A stretch of 32,238 nucleotides of DNA from Pseudomonadota bacterium (GTDB lineage: Bacteria > Pseudomonadota > Gammaproteobacteria > Burkholderiales > Burkholderiaceae_C): contig JBEEJM010000063.1 in assembly GCA_041169205.1 (NCBI GenBank), positions 1 to 32,238 on the forward strand, read 5' to 3'. The notes beneath the pieces were generated by a model. The model was not told where the DNA came from and searched no databases. It saw only the letters and a list, made by a program, of their open reading frames with translations. A program made the position numbers and the translations under genes. This document shows, in pieces, positions 1 through 9,641 of this stretch (the first letter of the stretch is position 1; every line of letters begins with the position of its first letter).

Positions 1-2
1 CC

Positions 3-311
3 TGCGCGCAGGGCAAGGCCGGGTTGGTCAAGCACATGATTCAGCACGGAGCGAACGTGCAGGACACCGACGAGCACGGCCAAACGCCGTTCACCCTGGC
101 GCTGAGTTCAGGGAGCTTTCAGGCAGTGATGCTGGTGATCGACCAGCTCAAGGCTTTAGCCGCCCCGCCCCCCGACTCGGCATTGCGCGCGCGCCTCACC
201 GAAACTTTCAGCAAGGGCCACACGGACGCCAAAAACCGCATGGTGCAGACACTGAAAGACTGGGACCGCATTGCCAGGAATGCCGGCTCGGCCCGCGCTC
301 GCACCATGTAA
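3..311 (+). CDS. Ankyrin-repeat protein, C-terminal part (5' truncated by window edge)
   Basis: Frame is open from the window start: CAQGKAGLVKHMIQHGANVQDTDEHGQTPFTLA matches the ankyrin consensus (GAxV..D..G.TP...A); stop TAA at 309-311. Confidence 0.75.
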   Translation, partial: CAQGKAGLVKHMIQHGANVQDTDEHGQTPFTLALSSGSFQAVMLVIDQLKALAAPPPDSALRARLTETFSKGHTDAKNRMVQTLKDWDRIARNAGSARARTM

Positions 312-343
312 TTTGGTTGGGTGGTTTGAAGCTGAACGCGGGA

Positions 344-357
344 TACATCGACTTACA
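344..357 (+). promoter_or_regulatory. Candidate OmpR-family (RstA-like) direct repeat TACA-N6-TACA
   Basis: TACATCGACTTACA, 86 nt upstream of the glycine-zipper gene; resembles the E. coli RstA box TACATNTNGTTACA. Confidence 0.3.
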
Positions 358-443
358 TCCGTAACCTCTCGCAACTGCGCACAGCACGGTTATTCCGTTA
401 AGGTCAGTGACCCTTTGTTGGAATCAAGTTTGACGGAATCTTT

Positions 444-905
444 ATGCCCACCCCATTTAATCGCATTCACCCCCTTGTCGCTGTTGCCGCTGTATCGGTT
501 ACTTTGGTCAGTGGCCTCGGTATCGCCGCGCTCACCGGAGTTTTACCCGCTTCGCATGGACTTGCGATTGATTCACAACAGGGTGTCGCTGATCCAGTCT
601 TCAATCAAGCAAATCAACCTGCTGTTAAACCCCCCTTGCCCGTCCATGCCAAAACTGTGACACCGCAGAAACTGGCAACCAACACGCAGGAAAAGTCGGT
701 GGACGCGACTAGCGTTCCACCTGCGCAACATAAGCCGGTGGCTCAAAATAGTCCGGTTGGAATTGGTGTGGGTGCTTTGATTGGTGGCGTGATTGGTAAC
801 CAGTTCGGTTCCGGTGACGGTAAAACACTGGCCACGGTTGCGGGTGCCATTGGCGGTGGATATGTCGGCAACGAAGTTGCCAAGAAAAATCAAGCACAAC
901 CTTGA
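444..905 (+). CDS. Glycine zipper 2TM domain protein
   Basis: N-terminal hydrophobic helix, Pro/Gln/Ala-rich linker, C-terminal GIGVGALIGGVIGNQFGSGDGKTLATVAGAIGGGYVGNEV glycine zipper. Confidence 0.85.
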   Translation: MPTPFNRIHPLVAVAAVSVTLVSGLGIAALTGVLPASHGLAIDSQQGVADPVFNQANQPAVKPPLPVHAKTVTPQKLATNTQEKSVDATSVPPAQHKPVAQNSPVGIGVGALIGGVIGNQFGSGDGKTLATVAGAIGGGYVGNEVAKKNQAQP

Positions 906-1021
906 GGCCATGCGGCGCAATGCCGAGCGGGTGCGCAGGATGCGGCCATCCGTTGCAGTGACTCTCAGAAGCAGGGATTCGCTGATAAGTACAATCACTA
1001 GCTGATTTGTAAGGATTTCTC

Positions 1022-2113
1022 ATGAGTTTGAAGTGCGGCATCGTTGGCTTGCCCAACGTCGGCAAAAGTACCCTGTTCAACGCCCTGACCAAGGCCGGCA
1101 TTGCGGCCGAGAACTACCCGTTTTGCACCATTGAGCCCAATGTGGGCATCGTTGAAGTGCCCGACGCGCGGTTGGATGCGCTGTCTGCCATCGTCAATCC
1201 GCAAAAGGTGCAGCGCGCCATCGTGGAATTTGTGGACATTGCGGGCCTGGTGGCCGGTGCGTCTACCGGCGAGGGTTTGGGCAACAAGTTTTTAGCCCAC
1301 ATCCGCGAGACCGACGCCACCATCAACGTGGTGCGCTGCTTTGAAGACGACAACGTGATTCACGTGGCCGGTAAGGTGGACCCGATCTCTGACATCGAAG
1401 TGATTCAGACCGAGCTGTGCCTGGCCGACTTGACTGCCGTGGAGAAAGCCCTGCACCGCGTGACCAAAATAGCACGTTCGGGCGACAAGGAGTCCATCAA
1501 GCTGGTCGCCATTCTGGAGAAATGCCAGATTGCGCTAAACGAGGCCAAGCCGGTGCGCACGCTCGACTTCACCAAAGAAGAGCTGCCGCTGCTGCAACAG
1601 TTTTTCTTCATCACCGCCAAGCCCGCCATGTTTGTGGCCAACGTGGCCGAAGACGGGTTTGAAAACAACCCCATGCTGGACCGCCTGACCGCGTATGCCA
1701 AGGCGCAAAACGCGCCGGTGGTGGCAATCAGCGCCAAGCTGGAAGCCGAGATGTCGGAGATGACGGACGAAGACCGCCAGATGTTTCTGGAAGAGTTGGG
1801 TCAGACCGAGCCCGGCCTGAACCGCTTGATCCGCTCGGCCTACACGCTGTTGGGCCTGCAAACCTACTTCACCGCCGGAGTGAAAGAAGTGCGTGCCTGG
1901 ACTATCCACGTGGGCGACACCGGTCCCCAGGCTGCGGGCGTGATTCACACCGACTTCGAGAAGGGCTACATCCGCGCCCAGACCATCGCGTATGAAGACT
2001 TCATCGCCTTCAAGGGTGAGCAAGGCGCCAAAGACGCGGGCAAGATGCGCGCCGAAGGCAAGGAATACGTCGTCAAAGATGGCGACGTGATGAACTTCCT
2101 GTTTAGCTCGTAA
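1022..2113 (+). CDS. ychF: Redox-regulated Obg-family ATPase YchF
   Basis: [13 protein letters not shown]-loop, [17 protein letters not shown]-terminal [12 protein letters not shown]; 363 aa. Confidence 0.98.
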   Translation: MSLKCGIVGLPNVGKSTLFNALTKAGIAAENYPFCTIEPNVGIVEVPDARLDALSAIVNPQKVQRAIVEFVDIAGLVAGASTGEGLGNKFLAHIRETDATINVVRCFEDDNVIHVAGKVDPISDIEVIQTELCLADLTAVEKALHRVTKIARSGDKESIKLVAILEKCQIALNEAKPVRTLDFTKEELPLLQQFFFITAKPAMFVANVAEDGFENNPMLDRLTAYAKAQNAPVVAISAKLEAEMSEMTDEDRQMFLEELGQTEPGLNRLIRSAYTLLGLQTYFTAGVKEVRAWTIHVGDTGPQAAGVIHTDFEKGYIRAQTIAYEDFIAFKGEQGAKDAGKMRAEGKEYVVKDGDVMNFLFSS

Positions 2114-2120
2114 TTTAAGA

Positions 2121-2175
2121 CAAATCGGGCGCTAGCCCCTGTGCAATATGCGTGAGCAGCTACTAATTTTGTAGC
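2121..2175 (+). repeat. Dispersed ~55-bp element, copy A (core GCTAC-TAATTTT-GTAGC at 2159-2175)
   Basis: 40/55 ungapped identity by eye to copy B at 7021-7075; fills most of the gap between convergent ychF and yqaA. Confidence 0.85.
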
Positions 2176-2179
2176 AAAT

Positions 2180-2653
2180 TCACCATAGCTTGACCAAACC
2201 CGTCAGCGCCGCCGTCATCAGCAAATACCGCGCAAACTTGCCGACCGCCATATACAACAGGCAGGGCCAGAACGGCAGTTTGAGCCAACCGGCCACAGCG
2301 CACAACGGGTCGCCCACCACGGGCAGCCAGGCCAACAGGCAGGCTTTGGGGCCCAGCTTTTGCAGCCAGTCCAGCACTTTCATATGGTGTTTGGAGTGCT
2401 GGTATTTGTCGGCCACGCGGTTCGCCCCGTAACCCATCCACCAGTCGACCGCACCCCCCAGGGTGTTGCCCACGGTGGCGACCAGCACCACTTGCCAGAA
2501 CAGGTGGGGGTTGAGCTGCACCAGCCCGAACACCACCGGTTCCGAACCCAGCGGCACCAGGGTGGCCGAGATGAACGACACCACAAACACGGTGCCCAGG
2601 CTGTACTGGGGCAAGGCCAGCAGGGTTAAGAGGTGGTTGATCCAGTCGGGCAT
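2180..2653 (-). CDS. yqaA: YqaA family (DedA/VTT-like) inner membrane protein
   Basis: SFISATLVPLGSE, VATVGNTLGG, WLPVVGDPLCAVAGWL and GKFARY motifs; start set to the ATG at 2653 (MPDWINHLL) rather than the upstream GTG. Confidence 0.88.
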   Translation of the reverse strand: MPDWINHLLTLLALPQYSLGTVFVVSFISATLVPLGSEPVVFGLVQLNPHLFWQVVLVATVGNTLGGAVDWWMGYGANRVADKYQHSKHHMKVLDWLQKLGPKACLLAWLPVVGDPLCAVAGWLKLPFWPCLLYMAVGKFARYLLMTAALTGLVKLW

Positions 2654-2798
2654 GAGGGCAGTGTAGGCGCTGGGGTTTTTGTGCACTGCCACAGTGGCAT
2701 TTCAATTGCTGAAATTTTGGGCAGTTAGAATCACCCACGGCCTAGCCCCCAGCGCAGACCAAGCGCTTCATCCACCCCCGTTTTTGACAGAAAAGCTC

Positions 2799-3845
2799 AT
2801 GCACATCGGCCAGTTCGCGTTGGCGAATCCCCTGTTTGTTGCGCCCATGGCGGGGGTGACCGATCGCCCGTTTCGCCAGCTGTGCAAGACGCTGGGCGCG
2901 GGCTATGCCGTGAGCGAGATGGTGACGTCACGGCGCGATTTGTGGACCACCCTCAAAACCTCACGCCGTGCCAACCACGACGGAGAGCCTGGCCCCATCG
3001 CTGTGCAGATTGCTGGTACCGATGCACAAATGATGGCCGACGCCGCTGCGTACAACATCGACCGGGGCGCGCAGATCATCGACATCAACATGGGTTGCCC
3101 GGCCAAAAAGGTGTGCAACAAATGGGCTGGCTCGGCGCTAATGCAAGACGAGGCGCTGGCCATCCAGATTGTGGAAGCCGTGGTCAAGGCGTGCGCCCCG
3201 CGCAATGTGCCGGTCACGCTGAAGATGCGCACCGGCTGGTGCCAGGCCGAAAAAAATGCCGTGGCGCTGGCCCGTGCTGCGCAGGCTGCGGGCGTGCAGA
3301 TGGTCACCGTGCACGGCCGCACCCGCGAGCAGGGCTACAAGGGCGCGGCCGAGTACGACACCATTGCGGCGGTCAAAGCTGCGCTGAACATTCCCGTGGT
3401 GGCCAATGGCGATATTGACTCACCCGAGAAAGCGCGCGAAGTACTGCAAGCCACGGGCGCTGACGCGATCATGATTGGCCGCGCTGCGCAGGGCCGCCCC
3501 TGGATATTTCGCGAAATCGCCCACTTTTTGGCCACTGGCACGCACCTTGCGCCACCACTTGTCAGCGAAGTGAAGCGCCTGCTGGTGGATCATCTGCACG
3601 ACCACTACAGCCTGTATGACGAGTTCATTGGCGTGCGTTCGGCGCGCAAACACATCGGCTGGTATGTGCGTGAATTGCCCGGCGGTGAAGACTTTCGTGT
3701 GCAGATGAATTTGCTGGACGACAGCGCATCGCAGGTGGCTGCGGTGGCGTGTTTTCTGGATGCGTTGAATGAAAAAATGGATCGCATTCCGGCAGTCGGT
3801 GCGAATAAGAAGATGGGACAAGATTTGATGGAACTCATAGCATGA
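2799..3845 (+). CDS. dusB: tRNA-dihydrouridine synthase B
   Basis: APMAGVTD, DINMGCPAKKV, VHGRT, NGDI, MIGRAAQGRPW; start set to MHIG at 2799; immediately upstream of fis. Confidence 0.96.
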   Translation: MHIGQFALANPLFVAPMAGVTDRPFRQLCKTLGAGYAVSEMVTSRRDLWTTLKTSRRANHDGEPGPIAVQIAGTDAQMMADAAAYNIDRGAQIIDINMGCPAKKVCNKWAGSALMQDEALAIQIVEAVVKACAPRNVPVTLKMRTGWCQAEKNAVALARAAQAAGVQMVTVHGRTREQGYKGAAEYDTIAAVKAALNIPVVANGDIDSPEKAREVLQATGADAIMIGRAAQGRPWIFREIAHFLATGTHLAPPLVSEVKRLLVDHLHDHYSLYDEFIGVRSARKHIGWYVRELPGGEDFRVQMNLLDDSASQVAAVACFLDALNEKMDRIPAVGANKKMGQDLMELIA

Positions 3846-4078
3846 GCAAGAAGCACATAGAAGAAACCGTGCGCATCAGCCTAGAAGGCTATTTCAAAGA
3901 CCTGCGTGGCACCGAGCCCAACGACATGCACGACATGATGGTGCGGGTGGTCGAAAAACCCTTGCTCGAAGTGGTCATGCACCACGCCGAACACAACCAG
4001 TCCCGCGCCGCTCAGTGGCTGGGCCTGAACCGCAACACCCTGCGCAAGAAGCTGCTCGAACACAAGCTGATTGATTAA
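3842..4078 (+). CDS. fis: Fis family DNA-binding protein
   Basis: VEKPLL...[20 protein letters not shown] helix-turn-helix; dusB-fis-purH order; ATGA overlap with dusB. Confidence 0.93.
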   Translation: MSKKHIEETVRISLEGYFKDLRGTEPNDMHDMMVRVVEKPLLEVVMHHAEHNQSRAAQWLGLNRNTLRKKLLEHKLID

Positions 4079-4130
4079 CCCTGCACACCCGCCGTGCGCC
4101 CCTTTTTTTAACTTAAGCCTCGCCCACCCC

Positions 4131-5741
4131 ATGAACGCACTTCTTTCTGTCTCCGACAAAACCGGCATCGTTGAACTCGCGCAGGCCCTGCACGCGCAAG
4201 GCATCAAACTGCTCTCTACCGGCGGCACCGCCAAGTTGCTTGCTGAGGCAGGCTTGCCCGTGACAGAGGTGGCCGAGATGACGGGTTTCCCTGAGATGCT
4301 GGACGGCCGCGTCAAGACGCTGCACCCCCGTGTGCACGGCGGCCTGCTGGCGCGCCGCGATTTTCCTGAGCACATGGCCGCGCTGGCCGAGCACCAGATC
4401 GACACCATCGACTTTTTGGTGGTCAACCTGTACCCGTTTGAATCGACCGTGGCCAAAGCGGGCTGCACGCTGGAAGACGCGATTGAGAACATCGACATTG
4501 GTGGCCCCGCCATGGTGCGCAGCGCTGCCAAGAACTGGAAAGACGTGGCCGTGTTGACCGACGCCGCGCAATACACCACCGTGATTGCCGAGCTCAAAGC
4601 CAGTGGCAAAGTCAGCGACAAAACCAAGCTGGGCCTGTCCATCGCCGCGTTCAACCGCATCAGCCAATACGACGGTGCGATCAGCGATTACCTGTCGGCC
4701 ATTCAAATCGGCAAAGATGGTGGAGAGGGCGTCCCCGCAGGCGATAAGGCCCCCACGCTAGACCTGTTCCCCGGCCAGAGCAACGGCCGCTTTGTCAAAG
4801 TGCAGGACCTGCGTTACGGCGAAAACTCGCACCAGAGCGCCGCCCTGTACCGCGACCTGTACCCCGCGCCCGGCTCGCTGGTCACGGCCAAACAATTGCA
4901 AGGCAAAGAACTCAGCTACAACAACATTGCCGACGCCGACGCGGCCTGGGAATGTGTGAAGAGTTTCAAGACGCCCGCGTGTGTGATCGTCAAGCATGCC
5001 AATCCCTGCGGTGTGGCTGTGGGCGCGAATGCACTGGAGTCGTACAGCAAGGCGTTTCAAACCGACCCAACCTCAGCGTTCGGCGGCATCATTGCCCTGA
5101 ATACGGAGCTGGACGAAGCGGCGGCGCAGCAAATTTCCAAGCAATTTGTCGAGGTGCTCATGGCCCCCAGTTTCACACCCGAAGCGCTGGCGGTGTTCAA
5201 GACCAAGGTGAATGTGCGCATCTTGCAGATCGACTTGCCCAAAGGCGGTTCCAGCAATTGGGACAACGGTCGCAACGCCATGGACATGAAGCGCATTGGC
5301 TCCGGCATCTTGCTGCAAACCGCAGACAACCATGAACTGGCGCTGAGCGACTTGAAGGTGGTAACTACCAAGCAACCGACCGCTGAAGAATTGAACGACC
5401 TGCTGTTCGCCTGGAACGTCGCTAAGTTCGTCAAGTCCAATGCCATCGTCTTCTGCAAAGGCGGCATGACCATGGGTGTGGGCGCAGGCCAGATGAGCCG
5501 TTTGGACTCGGCCCGCATTGCATCTATCAAGGCCGGCCACGCCAATCTGTCACTGGCCGGAACGGTCGTCGCCAGCGACGCCTTTTTCCCCTTCCGAGAT
5601 GGCTTGGACGTGGTGGTCGATGCAGGCGCAACCTGCGTTATCCAGCCCGGCGGTTCCATGCGTGACGATGAGGTCATTGCTGCCGCCAATGAGCGTGGCG
5701 TGGCCATGGTGTTCAGCGGTGTGCGCCACTTCAGGCACTAA
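4131..5741 (+). CDS. purH: Bifunctional AICAR transformylase / IMP cyclohydrolase
   Basis: [52 protein letters not shown] end; start set to the ATG at 4131. Confidence 0.98.
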   Translation: MNALLSVSDKTGIVELAQALHAQGIKLLSTGGTAKLLAEAGLPVTEVAEMTGFPEMLDGRVKTLHPRVHGGLLARRDFPEHMAALAEHQIDTIDFLVVNLYPFESTVAKAGCTLEDAIENIDIGGPAMVRSAAKNWKDVAVLTDAAQYTTVIAELKASGKVSDKTKLGLSIAAFNRISQYDGAISDYLSAIQIGKDGGEGVPAGDKAPTLDLFPGQSNGRFVKVQDLRYGENSHQSAALYRDLYPAPGSLVTAKQLQGKELSYNNIADADAAWECVKSFKTPACVIVKHANPCGVAVGANALESYSKAFQTDPTSAFGGIIALNTELDEAAAQQISKQFVEVLMAPSFTPEALAVFKTKVNVRILQIDLPKGGSSNWDNGRNAMDMKRIGSGILLQTADNHELALSDLKVVTTKQPTAEELNDLLFAWNVAKFVKSNAIVFCKGGMTMGVGAGQMSRLDSARIASIKAGHANLSLAGTVVASDAFFPFRDGLDVVVDAGATCVIQPGGSMRDDEVIAAANERGVAMVFSGVRHFRH

Positions 5742-5764
5742 GATTTATAGCAAGGAGCGTGATG

Positions 5765-6274
5765 ATGCAAGCGGTCTACCAACCCAATTCGCAACTCGAC
5801 CTCAGCTTTACCCGCGTGGTCGATGTCCCCAGAGCCCAGGTGTGGCGCGCCTGGACCGAGCCTGCGTTGCTGATGCCCTGGTTTTGTCCGCTCCCCTGGA
5901 AGACCATCGCCTGCGAGATGGACTTGCGGCCCGGTGGCATCTTTCACACCACCATGCAGTCACCAGAGGGCCAAGAGTTTCCCAATGCGGGCTGCTATTT
6001 GGAGATAGTTCCCAACACCAAACTGGTCTGGACCAACGCCCTGCTGCCGGGCTACCGGCCCAGCCTGGTGACGGAGACCTGTGGCTCTGAGGACGCTGCC
6101 TTCATGTTCACCGCCATGGTGGAGTTGGCAGACGAAGGCCAAGGCACCCGCTACACCGCCACCGTGATCCACGCAGACGCGGCCGGATGCCAGAAACACG
6201 CAGCCATGGGGTTCGAAGCCGGTTGGGGTGCCGCACTGGACCAACTCGTGGCGATGGTCAAGAAAGGCATTTGA
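5765..6274 (+). CDS. SRPBCC (AHSA1/CalC-like) family protein
   Basis: DLSFTRVVDVPRAQVWRAWTEP..WFCP, DLRPGG, HAAMGFEAGWGAALDQL; SD AAGGAG at 5752-5757 favours ATG 5765 (5762 also possible). Confidence 0.9.
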   Translation: MQAVYQPNSQLDLSFTRVVDVPRAQVWRAWTEPALLMPWFCPLPWKTIACEMDLRPGGIFHTTMQSPEGQEFPNAGCYLEIVPNTKLVWTNALLPGYRPSLVTETCGSEDAAFMFTAMVELADEGQGTRYTATVIHADAAGCQKHAAMGFEAGWGAALDQLVAMVKKGI

Positions 6275-6992
6275 CGCAGCTGTCGACCGAGGCGCTAAAC
6301 AGTGTTTCGATCAGCGCGCCTTCGCGCTCTGCCACGGTGGCCAGAAAGACCTGCGCCGCATCGCCTTGGGTGCTGAGTTCGCCGAAGGTATCAAAACCCG
6401 CTTCCAGAAAGTTTTGCAGCGCACCCATGCCGCTGGCCTTGGCCGGGCCGCGCATCATGCGTAAGAGCGTGCGCAGGCCGCGTTTGCGGGTGAAATCGCT
6501 CAGGTCTTGCCCCACCCGCAGCACCGTGGCGACCTGAAAATCGCGTTCGGCGCGCTGGCCAGTGTGTTGCCAGGCTTGCACGTACAGGTGCGTGTCCAAC
6601 GGGGTGCTAATGATGTTGCCTGGGGCCAGTGCCAGGCAGGCACGGGCCAGCGCTGTGTCAAGCTGTTCTGTGGCGGCGTGCAGCTCGGCCATGGCCACCG
6701 CAGTGTCAACCACCGAGTGGGGAAACAGACGTTCCAGCGGCGAGGCGATGCGCACAAACTGCGCGTCACGCTGGGTGTAATCTTTGTCGCTGTAGAGCTC
6801 GTTGAGGAAGAACAGCACCGCTGGACGAAAACGAGAACTGGCAAGCAAGTCGGTGTAGGTGGCGCGAAAGCGCGCAGCCTGAAAGGCCTTGACCGCCTGC
6901 ACTGCCTGGTGCAGGACCGGATTCTGGGCGGCCAGTGCGCGGTGGTCATTGACGGCCGCGATGGCGTGGCGGATGGTGTCAGAACTGCTCAT
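6258..6992 (-). CDS. FFLEELY-motif protein, function unknown
   Basis: FQAARFRATYTDLL..RF.PAVLFFLNELY...DY.QRD.QF and LQNFLEAGFDTF motifs typical of this family. Confidence 0.8.
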   Translation of the reverse strand: MSSSDTIRHAIAAVNDHRALAAQNPVLHQAVQAVKAFQAARFRATYTDLLASSRFRPAVLFFLNELYSDKDYTQRDAQFVRIASPLERLFPHSVVDTAVAMAELHAATEQLDTALARACLALAPGNIISTPLDTHLYVQAWQHTGQRAERDFQVATVLRVGQDLSDFTRKRGLRTLLRMMRGPAKASGMGALQNFLEAGFDTFGELSTQGDAAQVFLATVAEREGALIETLFSASVDSCVKCLS

Positions 6993-7020
6993 AGCACGTG
7001 CCCACGCATCAATTTGTAGT

Positions 7021-7075
7021 GAAATTGGCCTCTAGCCCCTGCAAACAGTGCGTGAGAAGCTATTGAATTTATAGC
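7021..7075 (+). repeat. Dispersed ~55-bp element, copy B (core GCTAT-TGAATTT-ATAGC at 7059-7075)
   Basis: gaaattggcctctagcccctgcaaacagtgcgtgagaagctattgaatttatagc; 40/55 to copy A; overlaps the hemL stop codon. Confidence 0.85.
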
Positions 7076-8385
7076 AACTTGAAGACGTCCGCAGCCACGG
7101 CCACGGCCTCGGCAATGTCGGCATCGGTGTGCGCTGCGCTCATGAAACCGGCTTCGTACAAGGCGGGCGCAATGTAGACGCCGCGGTCCAGCAGGCCGTG
7201 GAACAAGGTGTTGAAGCGGGCGTTGTCGGTGGTCATGACCTTGGCATAGTTTTGCGGGAGGTCCTTGAACAGAAAGAAGCCGAACATGCCGCCCTCAGAA
7301 TCTCCACAGAAGTCCACGCCAGCCTTGTCAGCAGCGCCTTGCAGGCCGCTGATGAACGACTGCGTCTTGCGGCCCAGTTCTTCATAGAAGCCGGGCTTGC
7401 GAATCTCGCGCAGCGTGGCCAGTCCGCAGGCCGTAGCCACCGGGTTGCCCGACAGCGTGCCCGCTTGGTAGACCGGGCCCAGCGGAGCGAGTTGTTCCAT
7501 GACGGCGCGTTTGCCGCCAAAGGCTGCCAGTGGCATGCCGCCACCAATGACCTTGCCCATGACGGTGATGTCGGGCTCGAAGCCGGGGATTGCCTTGGCG
7601 TACACGCTTTGTGCGCTGCCCAAGGCCACCCGAAAACCGGTCATGACTTCGTCAAACACGAACATGGCACCGACCTCGGTGCACAGCTCGCGGCAGCGCT
7701 TCATGAAGGGCACCGAGGCGCGCACAAAGTTCATATTGCCGGCAATCGGCTCGATGATCACGCAGGCCAGTTCTTTGCCGTGCAGCGCAAAGGCTTCTTC
7801 CAATTGGGCGACGTTGTTGTACTCCAGCACCAGCGTGTGCTGCACCACTTCGGCGGGTACGCCTGCACTGGTGGCGTGGCCAAACGTGGCCAAGCCGGAA
7901 CCGGCTTTGACCAGCAAGGCGTCGGCGTGGCCGTGGTAGCAGCCTTCAAACTTGATGATCTTGCTGCGGCCGGTGGCACCGCGTGCCAGGCGGATGGCGC
8001 TCATGCCAGCTTCCGTGCCGCTGCTGACCAAACGTACCATGTCCATGCTGGGCACGAGGCTCAAAATTTCTTCGGCCAGCTCGACTTCGCGCTCCGTGGG
8101 CGCACCAAACGAGAAACCGTCCAGCGCGGCTTTTTGCACCGCTTCAAGCACGGCGGGGTGGCCGTGGCCCAGGATCATCGGGCCCCAGGAGCCAATGAAG
8201 TCGATATAGCGCTTGTCGTTAGCGTCCCAAAAATAAGCGCCCTGTGCACGCGACACAAAGCGGGGTGTGCCACCGACGGCCTTGAAGGCGCGCACAGGCG
8301 AGTTCACGCCGCCGGGAATGACTTTGCGGGCACGGTCGAAGAGTTGCTGGTTGCGGTCCATAGGGGTTTCAGTGGCGAGTGTCAT
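7069..8385 (-). CDS. hemL: Glutamate-1-semialdehyde 2,1-aminomutase
   Basis: [39 protein letters not shown] (PLP lysine), [10 protein letters not shown]; start is ATG 8385 or 8361. Confidence 0.97.
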   Translation of the reverse strand: MTLATETPMDRNQQLFDRARKVIPGGVNSPVRAFKAVGGTPRFVSRAQGAYFWDANDKRYIDFIGSWGPMILGHGHPAVLEAVQKAALDGFSFGAPTEREVELAEEILSLVPSMDMVRLVSSGTEAGMSAIRLARGATGRSKIIKFEGCYHGHADALLVKAGSGLATFGHATSAGVPAEVVQHTLVLEYNNVAQLEEAFALHGKELACVIIEPIAGNMNFVRASVPFMKRCRELCTEVGAMFVFDEVMTGFRVALGSAQSVYAKAIPGFEPDITVMGKVIGGGMPLAAFGGKRAVMEQLAPLGPVYQAGTLSGNPVATACGLATLREIRKPGFYEELGRKTQSFISGLQGAADKAGVDFCGDSEGGMFGFFLFKDLPQNYAKVMTTDNARFNTLFHGLLDRGVYIAPALYEAGFMSAAHTDADIAEAVAVAADVFKLL

Positions 8386-9310
8386 TGGGAGAGATTTCAA
8401 AACTGGATTCTTGCGCTTCTTCGTCGTCGTCATCGTCTTCTGGGTGGGCCCAGAACAGGCGGTCGGGCAACACATTGCCCATGCCAGGGCGAAAGCCTGC
8501 TTCCAGGCAACGGTCCAAGTAGCTCAAGGCTTCGGTGACGGCCTCGGCCAGCTCGGTCTCGCTGGCGATGAGCGCGGCGACTGCCGCCGACAAGGTTTCG
8601 CCCGCACCTGAAAAGCTGGCTTCGAAGCGCTCAAACTTGTGGGAGCACAAAACGGCGGTGGGTGAGCTCAATACGTTGTCGATGTACTGGTCGGGCAAGG
8701 GTATACCCGTAACCAGGGTGTAGGCCACGCCAAACTCGTTGGCAGCACGCGCAATGTCGCGGGCGGTGGGGTTGTTTTCTGAATTCCAATCCGGCAACAG
8801 CCAGCGCGACAAAGTGCTGTGGTTTCCTACCAACACCGTGGTCTGTGGCAAAAGTAACTCTGTGAAAGCATCTTGATACAAATCGATACGATCTTCTTGC
8901 CACCAGGACAGATCGGGCATGTACGCCACCAGCGGCACATCCGCGTAGTCAGATGCCAGTTCGGCGATGGCGCTGAGGTTTTCTGGCGAACCAACAAAGC
9001 CGACCTTGAAAGCCTGCACAGGCACGTCTTCCAGGATGGCGCGGGCCTGCTCGGTCACCGCTTCGTCATCCATCGAGAAGTGGTCGTAAACCTCCGAGGT
9101 ATCTCTGGCATAGGCCCCGGTGACGACGGGCAATGCGTGGGCCCCCACCGACGCGATCGCCATCAGGTCGGCGGTGATGCCGGCGGCCCCGCTGGGATCG
9201 TTCGCGTTGAAAGTCATCACGCTGGCCGAGGGGCCGTCGTCAATGAGGTCTTCGTCAAGGCTGGGGGGAGGTGCAAGCGGCATCATGGAACCTGTTCTTG
9301 TCGTTGCCAT
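8369..9310 (-). CDS. ThiD-like HMP/HMP-P kinase family protein (ribokinase fold), divergent motifs
   Basis: [31 protein letters not shown] and [10 protein letters not shown] align with ThiD motifs; directly upstream of hemL. Confidence 0.8.
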   Translation of the reverse strand: MATTRTGSMMPLAPPPSLDEDLIDDGPSASVMTFNANDPSGAAGITADLMAIASVGAHALPVVTGAYARDTSEVYDHFSMDDEAVTEQARAILEDVPVQAFKVGFVGSPENLSAIAELASDYADVPLVAYMPDLSWWQEDRIDLYQDAFTELLLPQTTVLVGNHSTLSRWLLPDWNSENNPTARDIARAANEFGVAYTLVTGIPLPDQYIDNVLSSPTAVLCSHKFERFEASFSGAGETLSAAVAALIASETELAEAVTEALSYLDRCLEAGFRPGMGNVLPDRLFWAHPEDDDDDEEAQESSFEISPNDTRH

Positions 9311-9402
9311 CAGGCAGAATGGCGCACTTCGGGCGGGCCGTCATTGTTTGACGCAATTGCCTCTATACAATCGTTGCATTCTATTCGAAGGCCCTTTAAG
9401 CT

Positions 9403-9576
9403 GTGACCGATACTAAAACTTGGATGTGTCTTATTTGCGGTTGGATTTACGACGAAGCTACGGGCTCTCCTGAGCATGGAATTGCTGGCGGTACCGCGTG
9501 GTCCGACGTGCCCATGAACTGGACCTGCCCCGAATGCGGCGCACGCAAAGAAGACTTTGAGATGGTTCAAATTTAG
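9403..9576 (+). CDS. Rubredoxin (57 aa; absent from the ORF track)
   Basis: Hand translation from GTG: MTDTKTWMCLICGWIYDEATGSPEHGIAGGTAWSDVPMNWTCPECGARKEDFEMVQI*; CxxCG and CPxCG iron knuckles. Confidence 0.95.
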   Translation: MTDTKTWMCLICGWIYDEATGSPEHGIAGGTAWSDVPMNWTCPECGARKEDFEMVQI

Positions 9577-9641
9577 ATATGGAACTTTCGGGCGGCGCAG
9601 GCTGTTTGTGAATGCAATCACCCCAAGAGGAGCAAAGCCTT

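Noticed and set aside
938-951. GGATG-CGGC-CATCC hairpin after the glycine-zipper gene as a terminator
   Set aside because: Only a 5-bp stem and no U-tract.
3879-3895. GCCTAGAAGGCTATTTC in fis resembles the reverse complement of the repeat's left arm (13/17)
   Set aside because: The TGCG block and palindromic core are missing at the expected offsets; could be chance.
4079-4130. Possible ZTP (pfl) riboswitch or attenuator upstream of purH (short GCAC/GTGC stem and T7 run)
   Set aside because: Only 52 nt available, the stem is 4 bp and separated from the T-run, and no riboswitch consensus is visible.
5994-6009. GCTAT-TTGGAG-ATAGT in the SRPBCC gene, similar to the repeat core
   Set aside because: Spacer is 6 rather than 7 nt, not AT-rich, and the upstream blocks are out of register.
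2121-7075. Reading the 55-bp repeats as CRISPR repeats, integron attC sites or IS ends
   Set aside because: Copies are kilobases apart among housekeeping genes, lack GTTRRRY/RYYYAAC ends, and no cas, integrase or transposase gene is present.
7129-8538. 469-aa ORF antisense to hemL, and similar long antisense ORFs at 11917-13068, 17359-18993, 22428-23744, 28552-29730 and 30436-31305
   Set aside because: Shadow ORFs expected opposite GC3-rich genes; no recognisable motifs and each overlaps a well-supported gene.
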